Origin: a virus
Taxonomy: Duplodnaviria; Caudoviricetes
IMG/VR virus record: IMGVR_UViG_3300030332_000794
Location: 1-29,317 of that record
Strand: one strand, 5' to 3'
Length of the DNA: 29,317 nt
In this document: positions 17,337-25,242 of the stretch, in pieces
Numbering within the stretch: the first letter of the stretch is position 1
Layout: every line of letters starts with the position of its first letter
Position numbers and translations under genes: made by a program
The notes under the pieces: generated by a model
Seen by the model: only the letters and a program-made list of their open reading frames with translations
Database searches by the model: none
Told to the model about the DNA's origin: nothing

Positions 17337-18125
17337 TTAATATAGTTTAATAGGATTACGGTTGTTCCAGTTATACACATCCTCTATCATGCGTAAATAG
17401 TCATTCACTTTAGTGCAATAGACGAATTTCATTGGCACTTGTTCTACTTTCTGCATCATTCTGTCATGTTCAAACTCTGGATGTGTCATTAAGTCCATAT
17501 AGACTCTCAGGAATGTTCTATGACGGTATATTCTGTCATTAAACTGTTTAAATTCCTGTATTTTACCCAGCAAATCGTGTACAATCTCCAATCCTTGAGT
17601 TATTTTGAACTCACCTCTGCGAAACTCTTCAAGCATTGATTTATCATTCCTACCTGCTAACACATTGATGAGTGTTGAGATAGGATACTGATATTGCTTT
17701 TTAAAGCCATGCAGTATGGAATAGTCCTGTATTCCTCTTTCACAATAGTGATGCAGTGAGTCATACAATGACCATTTATCCTGAACTGAGTTAACCATGC
17801 CTATATCATCAATCTCCATATCAGAGAATCTATAATATATTGGCAGTCCCAGTTCCATACAGGTTATAAACCTGTGTTGGCCTTCTATTACAATCAGGGT
17901 CTTACCATTTTCAGAGACTAATACTTTAATCTCATTCTCATTAGTAAGGTCTTTGCGCTCAATGACTTCTTTCATCCTTGAGATTTTCCCCGGTTTAATA
18001 AGTCTATTGCTTTCAATAAGCAAGAACTTATCATAGTTATCTGTTTTGAACACAGGAACCATTATTACATCATCTCCCTCCGTGAGAGATTTTTGTTTGC
18101 GGTTCATCTTAAGTTCTTTAATCAT
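17337..18125 (-). CDS. ParB/Srx-like N-terminal domain protein
   Basis: NR...IVIEGQHR motif; likely start MIKELK at 18125 with AAGGAG RBS (track starts at 18221). Confidence 0.75.
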   Translation of the reverse strand: MIKELKMNRKQKSLTEGDDVIMVPVFKTDNYDKFLLIESNRLIKPGKISRMKEVIERKDLTNENEIKVLVSENGKTLIVIEGQHRFITCMELGLPIYYRFSDMEIDDIGMVNSVQDKWSLYDSLHHYCERGIQDYSILHGFKKQYQYPISTLINVLAGRNDKSMLEEFRRGEFKITQGLEIVHDLLGKIQEFKQFNDRIYRHRTFLRVYMDLMTHPEFEHDRMMQKVEQVPMKFVYCTKVNDYLRMIEDVYNWNNRNPIKLY

Positions 18126-18144
18126 AACTTGCTCCTTAGTATGT

Positions 18145-18318
18145 TTATGAGTATACTCTTTTGTTTTTAAGAATATAGAATTGTATAGCCAGTGGGGCTT
18201 TATACTTCTTCTTCTTACCATTTAAGAATATATAACCTCGTTTTCGTGATTTACTAACTTGTCTCGGTGTGCAACCAAGCTCCCTTGCTAGTTCTTTATT
18301 AGTTTTTTTATTTAACAT
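18145..18318 (-). CDS. Small HTH DNA-binding protein
   Basis: NKELARELGCTPRQVSKSRKRG helix-turn-helix pattern; start MLNKK with AAGGAG RBS. Confidence 0.65.
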   Translation of the reverse strand: MLNKKTNKELARELGCTPRQVSKSRKRGYIFLNGKKKKYKAPLAIQFYILKNKRVYS

Positions 18319-18595
18319 TATTGTCTCCTTCACTATTTGTTAAATCATATGCAAACTGCCATCCACAGTCATCATCATACCATGATATTTCATCAATTAC
18401 TGTATCGCAGTGTATTTGTATGTAATCAAAATCATTACTTTCTATGAAGTCCCAGTACCCTATTCTTAGATACCTAACATCATCGAGGCTGGTTTTAAAA
18501 TGGATATCATCCTTGTTATAACCTTTCATGCCTAATAATAATACTATTTTGTTTTCTATACCACTTTTAGGTGGGTATTGTTCTGAGTATGTCAT
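18308..18595 (-). CDS. Hypothetical acidic protein
   Basis: Start MTYSEQ with AAGGAG RBS. Confidence 0.75.
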   Translation of the reverse strand: MTYSEQYPPKSGIENKIVLLLGMKGYNKDDIHFKTSLDDVRYLRIGYWDFIESNDFDYIQIHCDTVIDEISWYDDDCGWQFAYDLTNSEGDNNVK

Positions 18596-18596
18596 A

Positions 18597-18719
18597 TTAT
18601 TTCTCCTTTCTGCGATTTGCGAATACATCTTTTAGTATAAATGATATTGCTACAGCAAATGTGGCGTATAATACTATTATAACACAAGCTCCTAGAAATT
18701 CTGTAGTTGTTATAGACAT
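18597..18719 (-). CDS. Small membrane protein (40 aa)
   Basis: Not in ORF track: MSITTTEFLGACVIIVLYATFAVAISFILKDVFANRRKEK; GGAGG RBS, TGATG coupling. Confidence 0.7.
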   Translation of the reverse strand: MSITTTEFLGACVIIVLYATFAVAISFILKDVFANRRKEK

Positions 18720-19240
18720 CACTCCTCCCCTCTGTAACCTATACAAGAAATAATATTTTGTTTAGTTTCTTTCTTGCACTCTTCATGCTCACATGGCACT
18801 ATAAACTGTCCATCTTCGTTAGCATCTACATCCCAACCATTACATTTATATTTAAATTCAACTGATCCACCTTCATACTCTACATCCAGTAGTTCATCAC
18901 TTTTCAGTCTAATTAAACAGTATAATTTCTTGTTAGACTTATATCTTCCTACATGGACTACTGCATCATATTTCTTATCATCTGGAGTAACTGTAAAACA
19001 TTCTATTCTATCACCATATTTAACTTCAGGCATTATACCATCTACAAATGATACTATATCAAAGCCTATCATCATCTCAAGTTCTCCATCAAAGTATATA
19101 GGGAAGTGATCTTCATTATTATTCACAGGCTTACCTGCTAACCTTTGAGCTTGTGTAGTCCTACTGAGGTATTCCTCTTCACTGTCAAATGCACCACCCA
19201 TGAATGATGGCTCTTGTCCGCAAAATATTGGTTTATCCAT
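18719..19240 (-). CDS. Hypothetical acidic protein
   Basis: 173-aa ORF, TAATG coupling, GGAG RBS. Confidence 0.75.
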   Translation of the reverse strand: MDKPIFCGQEPSFMGGAFDSEEEYLSRTTQAQRLAGKPVNNNEDHFPIYFDGELEMMIGFDIVSFVDGIMPEVKYGDRIECFTVTPDDKKYDAVVHVGRYKSNKKLYCLIRLKSDELLDVEYEGGSVEFKYKCNGWDVDANEDGQFIVPCEHEECKKETKQNIISCIGYRGEE

Positions 19241-19686
19241 TATACTACTCCATTTCTTAGTTCGTCTGTTAAGATCATGTATTCATTTTTAACAAGCTGG
19301 TTGTCTGATTTAGATGATATTTGAGCTGCGTGGCTTCTTTCATCTGACTCATAATGCTCAGGCACCTCCATTGCTAGTGGAGGGTCTTCACCTTTAAGCC
19401 AATACAATGTTTTAATCACTGTAATATATATTCTTTCATGTCTATCACCACCAAGCCACCTCATTGAGGCTATATTCCACTTTAATGACTCAATAAGATT
19501 ATCTACAGCACTCACAGTTTTAGCAAACTCATCAGTATTATGCATATACTCTATCTGTACCTCTAAGTCATCTATGCGGGCCTCCATATGAAACACCGCT
19601 GTCTCTAAGTCACCATATTGACTGAGTATCCTACTAACAACTCTAGCTTTATATTCTTTGAAGTTATATTCTTTCTCTTCACTCAT
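19240..19686 (-). CDS. Hypothetical protein
   Basis: 148-aa ORF, GAGG RBS. Confidence 0.75.
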   Translation of the reverse strand: MSEEKEYNFKEYKARVVSRILSQYGDLETAVFHMEARIDDLEVQIEYMHNTDEFAKTVSAVDNLIESLKWNIASMRWLGGDRHERIYITVIKTLYWLKGEDPPLAMEVPEHYESDERSHAAQISSKSDNQLVKNEYMILTDELRNGVV

Positions 19687-19699
19687 AGTTATACCTCGA

Positions 19700-20026
19700 T
19701 TAGTTAGGTGTTATTATATCCATGTCTTTGAAGTCTGGTGGTGTCGTCATATCATCATCGTCATCATTATCACTACTATCTGATAAGTAATCATTAGCTA
19801 ACATAACAGACTGTATCAGTTCTTTAGGTTTAATACCTATCCTTGTCGCAACAAGAGCTGACATTGTTGTAGCATTACTTTGAAGATTATCTAACTCTTC
19901 ATCACTGGCTATTTCACAACAGCCTGTATCTCTTATTCTGCCATGTAGCTTCGCAAGCATTGCTACTATTGTATTCACCGCTATCATTATAATCACCCGT
20001 TCACTTTTATTTAGTTTACGTTTCAT
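19700..20026 (-). CDS. Hypothetical protein with acidic tail
   Basis: 108-aa ORF, AAGGAG RBS, poly-Asp C-terminal region. Confidence 0.75.
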   Translation of the reverse strand: MKRKLNKSERVIIMIAVNTIVAMLAKLHGRIRDTGCCEIASDEELDNLQSNATTMSALVATRIGIKPKELIQSVMLANDYLSDSSDNDDDDDMTTPPDFKDMDIITPN

Positions 20027-20066
20027 GTGTGTTTCTCCTTTTATGGTTATTATGGTTCAAGTATGA

Positions 20067-20136
20067 GAGGGCAGCCTTTTATCACATGAGAAAGGAGCTG
20101 TGTTAGCACTTGCGGAGTACTATTGAGACTGCCCCC
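20067..20136 (-). ncRNA. Putative three-way-junction RNA with anti-SD loop
   Basis: Closing stem GGGGGCAGTCT/AGGCTGCCCTC (11 bp, 2 G-U), TAGTACT/AGTGCTA hairpin, and a CACA/TGTG hairpin with loop GCTCCTTTCTCA. Confidence 0.6.
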
Positions 20137-20142
20137 GAATTA

Positions 20143-20415
20143 TTAAATACCGTATGTATGCTGAAGTGTTATTGACTCCATATGCACATCATATCTTCTG
20201 TAATTGAAATGTATATCGGGATGACCTTTATGTAAAATAGGTCTTTCACCATGAAATGATTCATAGTTATCAACATAAAATGCTTTAGCTACACCATTCT
20301 CCATCTCACCTATTCTAGTACAATTGAAACTGTGCAGTAGTTTACCTCTTCCATTAAATCTAGCAGTCCGTTCATATAACTCTACCAATATAGCAGGATA
20401 AGTTTGTGTAGCCAT
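20143..20415 (-). CDS. Hypothetical early protein
   Basis: 90-aa ORF, AAGGAG RBS. Confidence 0.75.
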   Translation of the reverse strand: MATQTYPAILVELYERTARFNGRGKLLHSFNCTRIGEMENGVAKAFYVDNYESFHGERPILHKGHPDIHFNYRRYDVHMESITLQHTYGI

Positions 20416-20450
20416 TAGTTACTCCTTTTAACTATTTAAATCTTTTAGAA

Positions 20451-20528
20451 GAGTAAGCGGCTGCTGGTATAGCTGTGTGTAGTGTGACATGACGTTCACT
20501 TTATAATGCAACCAACAACCACTTACCC
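20451..20528 (-). ncRNA. Structured 5' leader / sRNA
   Basis: 18-bp stem GGGTAAGTGGTTGTTGGT/ACCAGCAGCCGCTTACTC with 4 G-U pairs valid only on the minus strand; inner GTGA/TCAC hairpin. Confidence 0.55.
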
Positions 20529-20535
20529 ATTGTAT

Positions 20536-20565
20536 AAGTTAATGCCCAAGTCGGGTGTGTATCTA
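20536..20565 (-). promoter_or_regulatory. Possible sigma70-like promoter with AT-rich upstream tract
   Basis: TAGATA-N18-TAACTT; the -10 is identical to that of the 12710 promoter and lies 7 nt before the stem at 20528. Confidence 0.4.
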
Positions 20566-20614
20566 TATGTAATAGTAGTATAAATATGTAAGTATATATA
20601 TATAGTAATAAAGG

Positions 20615-20652
20615 AAAAAAGCGAGAAAGAGGGCCCGAAGGCCCTCGATCTC
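20615..20652 (-). terminator. Rho-independent terminator after the first leftward gene
   Basis: GAGGGCC-TTCG-GGCCCTC (cUUCGg tetraloop) followed by TTTCTCGCTTTTTT. Confidence 0.85.
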
Positions 20653-20658
20653 TGAAGG

Positions 20659-20892
20659 TTACATGCCCTCTTCGGTTGCCAACTGATCCATCTGAGTGAC
20701 CAGCTCGTCATCTTCAAGGGAATCGACTGTGGAAGGGGTTGCCAGGTACTGAAACCCACTGCCTGCGTGCTTGACCAAATGGTATGCCTTACCCTCGTGA
20801 TCTATCGTGCCATCACTTACTTTGGCTTCGATGGGTACGATCTTCTCCTGATCGTCTGTCTTTACTGGTACTGTTACGTTGATTACTCTCAT
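20659..20892 (-). CDS. Small acidic protein, first gene of the leftward arm
   Basis: 77-aa ORF, TAAGGAG RBS, has its own terminator. Confidence 0.8.
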   Translation of the reverse strand: MRVINVTVPVKTDDQEKIVPIEAKVSDGTIDHEGKAYHLVKHAGSGFQYLATPSTVDSLEDDELVTQMDQLATEEGM

Positions 20893-20919
20893 AACCTACT
20901 CCTTATTTTATGGTTAACT

Positions 20920-20945
20920 AAGAATCGGATTCTTCAATAATCCGA
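20920..20945. repeat. Overlapping inverted repeats
   Basis: AAGAATC-G-GATTCTT (20920-20934) overlaps TCGGATT-N7-AATCCGA (20925-20945). Confidence 0.6.
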
Positions 20946-20985
20946 GAAAGGTTTCCGGGCTGACTTTGTCTACTTATCAAAATCC

Positions 20986-21007
20986 TGTAATTTTTTTAGT
21001 AATTACA
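20986..21007. promoter_or_regulatory. Operator-like inverted repeat
   Basis: TGTAATT-N8-AATTACA immediately upstream of the rightward -35 box. Confidence 0.4.
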
Positions 21008-21009
21008 AC

Positions 21010-21038
21010 TTGGTCGAATTAGGTTTACCACTTAAATT
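21010..21038 (+). promoter_or_regulatory. Sigma70-like promoter for the packaging/structural operon
   Basis: TTGGTC-N17-TAAATT; same pattern as the leftward promoters. Confidence 0.5.
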
Positions 21039-21081
21039 ATAGGGTGGTTGGGAGGGAGAAGAAGAGGATAATGTGTAAGAA

Positions 21082-21234
21082 ATGATAGACCCAAATAAAA
21101 AGAAAAAAGACAATGGACTTAAGGTTGTTCAGCAGTTATCTAATCATAACAATGAAGCTATTAAATCTCTAATAGCCCTAGTAAATTCATTAAGTAAAAG
21201 ATTGGAAAAAGTTGAAAACCGTTTAGGTCTATAG
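21082..21234 (+). CDS. Small coiled-coil protein (50 aa)
   Basis: Not in ORF track: MIDPNKKKKDNGLKVVQQLSNHNNEAIKSLIALVNSLSKRLEKVENRLGL; abuts the next ORF. Confidence 0.6.
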   Translation: MIDPNKKKKDNGLKVVQQLSNHNNEAIKSLIALVNSLSKRLEKVENRLGL

Positions 21235-21450
21235 TTGAGTAAATCAATAAAAGAATTAGAACTCTTGCCTGAAGAGGCTCAGGAGTTTGTACTAAGGAGT
21301 TTGTCTAGGAAATTAGAACCTTTGCAGATAGATGATGAAATATACATGATCCCTCACGAAGTAAATGATCTCATTGATAACTTAATTGCTCAAATACACG
21401 AGTTGCGTATAGAGAGCATGAAGGCTTTAGTTGGAACAAAGGGAAATTAA
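21235..21450 (+). CDS. Hypothetical protein
   Basis: 71-aa ORF, TTG start directly after the upstream stop. Confidence 0.7.
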   Translation: MSKSIKELELLPEEAQEFVLRSLSRKLEPLQIDDEIYMIPHEVNDLIDNLIAQIHELRIESMKALVGTKGN

Positions 21451-22201
21451 AGGAATAACTCACTGTGTCTATGAAGACATAGATGAGTTTAAAGAGAAAT
21501 ATCCTAATACGGTAGTGAGACCGGATTGGCGGGATTCGGATGAAGGTGATTGGGTATACAGTGACGATGGCCGTATAGTACAGTTGTTGAAAGTCAGTAA
21601 GAAGATCAGCCACCCTAATGACAGAAAAGTTTATAAGTTTGCTAAAGGATGGGTAAGGACTATAGTAGGGAGTTTTCTAAATAGACCTAATATAAAGATG
21701 GATACAGACTTTAGCTCACACTCAAATAGATACACTTTCAGTAAAACTCTAAAAGACACTAACAAAAGAGTTAAAGAAAGAACTAAAATTACTAAAAAAG
21801 AAAAAGAATTTGCTACTAATGTAGTCGTAGGTTTAGGAGCTATCGAGGCATATAAAAATGCTTATAAAGAAATGTCCGACCAAAAAGCCAGAAAAAAAGC
21901 AACTATTCTTTTAAAACAGGAGAGAGTAATGAAAGAGATAGAAAAATCTGTATTAGATGTAGCAAAAGAAAAGGGCATAGACCACGAATATGTTCTAAAC
22001 AAACTAAAGCATCTTGCAGATTTTAGTGATGACGATAATATAATACTGCAGTCTACAAAAGAGCTAGGTAAGATTGTAGGAACAACAGGTAATATTGTGA
22101 AACAGAGAGAAATGGGTTTACTTGGTGTATTTCAAGGGTTTTCTTCGGGAGAACTCGAAGGAGCTGAGAGAAAAGAGCTATCTGCTGCTAAAGAAGATTA
22201 G
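21431..22201 (+). CDS. Terminase small subunit-like protein with N-terminal extension
   Basis: TKKEKEFATNV...AIEAYKNAY...ARKKATILLKQERV...STKELGK fits the TerS HTH pattern; upstream of TerL. Confidence 0.65.
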   Translation: MEQREIKGITHCVYEDIDEFKEKYPNTVVRPDWRDSDEGDWVYSDDGRIVQLLKVSKKISHPNDRKVYKFAKGWVRTIVGSFLNRPNIKMDTDFSSHSNRYTFSKTLKDTNKRVKERTKITKKEKEFATNVVVGLGAIEAYKNAYKEMSDQKARKKATILLKQERVMKEIEKSVLDVAKEKGIDHEYVLNKLKHLADFSDDDNIILQSTKELGKIVGTTGNIVKQREMGLLGVFQGFSSGELEGAERKELSAAKED

Positions 22202-22216
22202 GGGAGAAACTATTAT

Positions 22217-23293
22217 ATGTATATAAGAGATGCGGACGATAATGGTATAGTCTGTCCTCATTGCAGAGCCACTTCATTAAGAAAAGATGGTTGGCAATAT
22301 TGGAAAGGTGGAAAGAAAAGACAAAGGTGGTACTGCAACGCATGCGGTAGAAAGACGATAGCTCCTTATATTATAGAGAAATCATTATTTACTGTAGAAA
22401 ATCTTGATCCCGAGCATTTGCCTATAAGTACATTAATCGAGGAACGAGAAAGAAAATACGAGGTAAAGCATAAATCAAAAAAAGGCAAGCAGTTAATAAC
22501 AATTAACATAGAGATCAATGGCCCGATAGGCATATGTCACTTTGGAGACCCTCATGTTGATGATGATGGTACTGATATAGCAAGTATATACAAGCTATGC
22601 AATTTGATTAATAAAACAGAAGGGATGTTTGCTGGCAATCTTGGAGATGTACAGAATAATTGGGTAGGCAGACTATCATTCTTATATGGACAGCAGTCAA
22701 TGTCAGCTAAAGAATCATGGAGATTGACAGAACATTTTATTAATTCAGTGCCGTGGATGTATCTAATAGCAGGGAATCATGATGTATGGACAGGAGATGG
22801 TGATCCTCTTGATTTTATAATGAGGGATCATCAAGGTCTATTTGAGAGATGGGGAGCCAGGATGAACCTTAAATTTCCAAATGGTAAGGAAGTAAGGGTA
22901 AACGCACGTCATATGTTTAAAGGATTCTCTATGTGGAATACAGCACATGGTGTAGCCAAGGCAGCTCAGATGGGATGGAAAGACCATATATTAACTTGTG
23001 GACATATCCATGTATCTGGTTATCAAGTATTAAAAGACCCTGCAAGTGGACTTATAAGCCATGCTCTGCAAGTAGCTTCTTTTAAAATAATGGATGCCTA
23101 TGCTGAAAAGATGGGATTAGATGATAGAAACATATTTAATTCACCAGTTACAATTATTGACCCACGGTATGAGGATGATGACAACAGATTAATTACAACT
23201 ATATTTAATCCATATGAGGCAGCTGAGTATCTTAATTTTAAAAGAGAAAATTGGCGTAAAAATAATGAGAAGAACGCATCTAAAGACATTTGA
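22217..23293 (+). CDS. Zn-ribbon + calcineurin-like metallophosphoesterase
   Basis: CPHC...KDG...RQRWYCNACGR (InsA-like ribbon); GDPH, GD, GNHD, H and GHIH motifs. Confidence 0.85.
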   Translation: MYIRDADDNGIVCPHCRATSLRKDGWQYWKGGKKRQRWYCNACGRKTIAPYIIEKSLFTVENLDPEHLPISTLIEERERKYEVKHKSKKGKQLITINIEINGPIGICHFGDPHVDDDGTDIASIYKLCNLINKTEGMFAGNLGDVQNNWVGRLSFLYGQQSMSAKESWRLTEHFINSVPWMYLIAGNHDVWTGDGDPLDFIMRDHQGLFERWGARMNLKFPNGKEVRVNARHMFKGFSMWNTAHGVAKAAQMGWKDHILTCGHIHVSGYQVLKDPASGLISHALQVASFKIMDAYAEKMGLDDRNIFNSPVTIIDPRYEDDDNRLITTIFNPYEAAEYLNFKRENWRKNNEKNASKDI

Positions 23294-23471
23294 AGCAAGT
23301 ATCCCTTCAAAAATAGAACTTGATTTAGATGTTGCAATACGGGATTTGAAGAAATATAAAAGTGAGTTACCTTTTAACTTATACAGCCTTTCATCAAAAC
23401 ATGTCGGTTATTTAAAAAGAATGTTTGCTATTATAGAAGGCCTCAAAGTACCAGAGAGGTTTGTTGAGTAA
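23265..23471 (+). CDS. Hypothetical protein
   Basis: Likely start MRRTHL at 23265 (track starts at 23214); fills the gap before TerL. Confidence 0.6.
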   Translation: MRRTHLKTFEASIPSKIELDLDVAIRDLKKYKSELPFNLYSLSSKHVGYLKRMFAIIEGLKVPERFVE

Positions 23472-23476
23472 GGAAG

Positions 23477-25045
23477 ATGGCTAATATAAACAGTCAGGAT
23501 GTAAACAAAGCAGAAGAGGCCCTTCAAATGGCTCATAAAGACCTTATTTCATTCGGGAAACTGTTTTTACCCGATGATTTCTTGCGAAGCGAAACTCCAT
23601 TTTTTCATTATGAGATGGCTGATGTTATTGATGACAGGAATGTAAAGCAAGTAGCTATTATTATTCCTCGTGGTCATGGCAAAACTGTACTTACTAAAGC
23701 ATCTATAATTAAAGATTTTGTATTTTGCGATAAAGATAACTTCTTGTTTTATGCTTGGGTGTCAGCTACGCAGAAGTTAAGTGTAGGCAATATGGATTAT
23801 GTTAAACATCACTTTGAGTATAATGATAGAATAAAATATTACTTTGGCAATCTTCGTGGAAAGAAGTGGACAGAAGAGGATGTAGAACTAACAAATGGAT
23901 GTAAACTTATTAGTAAAAGCAATGTCGCAGGAATTAGAGGTGGAGCGAAATTGCATAAAAGATACGACCTCATTGTATTGGATGACTTTGAACATGAACA
24001 AAACACAATCACAAGAGAAGCAAGGGACAAAAACGCTAATCTGGTCACCGCTGTCGTTTATCCGGCACTTGAGCCCCATACTGGGAGGTTACGGGTTAAC
24101 GGCACGCCTGTACATTATGATAGTTTCATCAATAATCTACTCACGAACCACGCTAAAGCTAAGAAAGATGAAAAAGAGTTTGCTTGGCATGTTATAACAT
24201 ACAAAGCATTTTTAGATGACGGCTCACCTCTATGGTCTTCTTTCTTTAATAAAAAGAAGTTAGAAGAGAAGAAAAAATTCTATCGGGACTCTGGACAGCC
24301 TCAGAAGTTCTTTCAGGAATATATGATGGAGGTAATGAGTGAAGAAGATGCAGTATGGACAAGGCAGCATGTACAGTACTGGGATGGATACTACAAACAT
24401 AAAGAAGGTCTCAATTATATAGTAAAAGATGGCAGTGAGATACCAGTTAATACATTCATAGGATGCGATCCTGCTACAGATATAGATACTAAGCATGCTG
24501 ACTTCAGTGTAATCATAGTAATAGCTATTGATACAAATAATGAACTGTATGTATTAGAATACGAGAGACATAGAAGTGTACCAACTATAGGGAGCAAGAA
24601 TCCAGAGGATGGTGAGATAATAGGCAAGAAAGGAGTAGTCGATTATATACTAGAACTACATCAAAAATATAAATGCATATCGTCTACTGTAGAAGATGTA
24701 GCTATGAATAGAAGTATCTTTCAAGCCCTAAATGATGAAAGAAGGCGCATAAATCGGTACGATATTGCCGTAATACCTGAGAAACCGGGCGGAACTAATA
24801 AGCGAAATCGCATTTATAGCGGCCTTTCGGCCCGTTTTAGTACCGGAACTGTCCATTTACGGAAAAATATGTTTGATTTGATAAACGAAATACTTACTTT
24901 TGGGCCGAAAATGGCTCACGATGACACAATTGAGAGCCTTTACTATGCGCAAGTACACGCATTTCCGCCAAACTTCAGTATGGATGAAAAAACAAAAACT
25001 TGGACAACATTTAAAAGAAAAGCAAAAAGCTGGGTAGTTGCATAG
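23477..25045 (+). CDS. terL: Terminase large subunit
   Basis: Walker A PRGHGKT, Walker B LIVLDD, GTP coupling motif, FFQEY, GCDPA...DFS and HDD nuclease motifs. Confidence 0.95.
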   Translation: MANINSQDVNKAEEALQMAHKDLISFGKLFLPDDFLRSETPFFHYEMADVIDDRNVKQVAIIIPRGHGKTVLTKASIIKDFVFCDKDNFLFYAWVSATQKLSVGNMDYVKHHFEYNDRIKYYFGNLRGKKWTEEDVELTNGCKLISKSNVAGIRGGAKLHKRYDLIVLDDFEHEQNTITREARDKNANLVTAVVYPALEPHTGRLRVNGTPVHYDSFINNLLTNHAKAKKDEKEFAWHVITYKAFLDDGSPLWSSFFNKKKLEEKKKFYRDSGQPQKFFQEYMMEVMSEEDAVWTRQHVQYWDGYYKHKEGLNYIVKDGSEIPVNTFIGCDPATDIDTKHADFSVIIVIAIDTNNELYVLEYERHRSVPTIGSKNPEDGEIIGKKGVVDYILELHQKYKCISSTVEDVAMNRSIFQALNDERRRINRYDIAVIPEKPGGTNKRNRIYSGLSARFSTGTVHLRKNMFDLINEILTFGPKMAHDDTIESLYYAQVHAFPPNFSMDEKTKTWTTFKRKAKSWVVA

Positions 25046-25242
25046 TGGCTGGAAAATCTACACATAAGATACAAAATCCTAAGAGCATGAAGCCTTCATC
25101 TCTTGAAACAAGAGCAAATGTAGGTACTTTACAGACTGATGTTGGAGGCCCAAAACATTCTTACTGGCAATCTTTTATGCCGAAAACAAAATCTTTTGTA
25201 AAAAAGAAACTTAATGTACTGTACTCACAAAGGAGGAAATAA
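25045..25242 (+). CDS. Small basic hypothetical protein
   Basis: 65 aa; GTG start overlaps the TerL stop. Confidence 0.6.
   Translation: MAGKSTHKIQNPKSMKPSSLETRANVGTLQTDVGGPKHSYWQSFMPKTKSFVKKKLNVLYSQRRK

Noticed and set aside
22217-22380. IS1 element (InsA-like Zn ribbon)
   Set aside because: The ribbon is fused in frame to a phosphoesterase; no transposase, terminal inverted repeats or target duplication.
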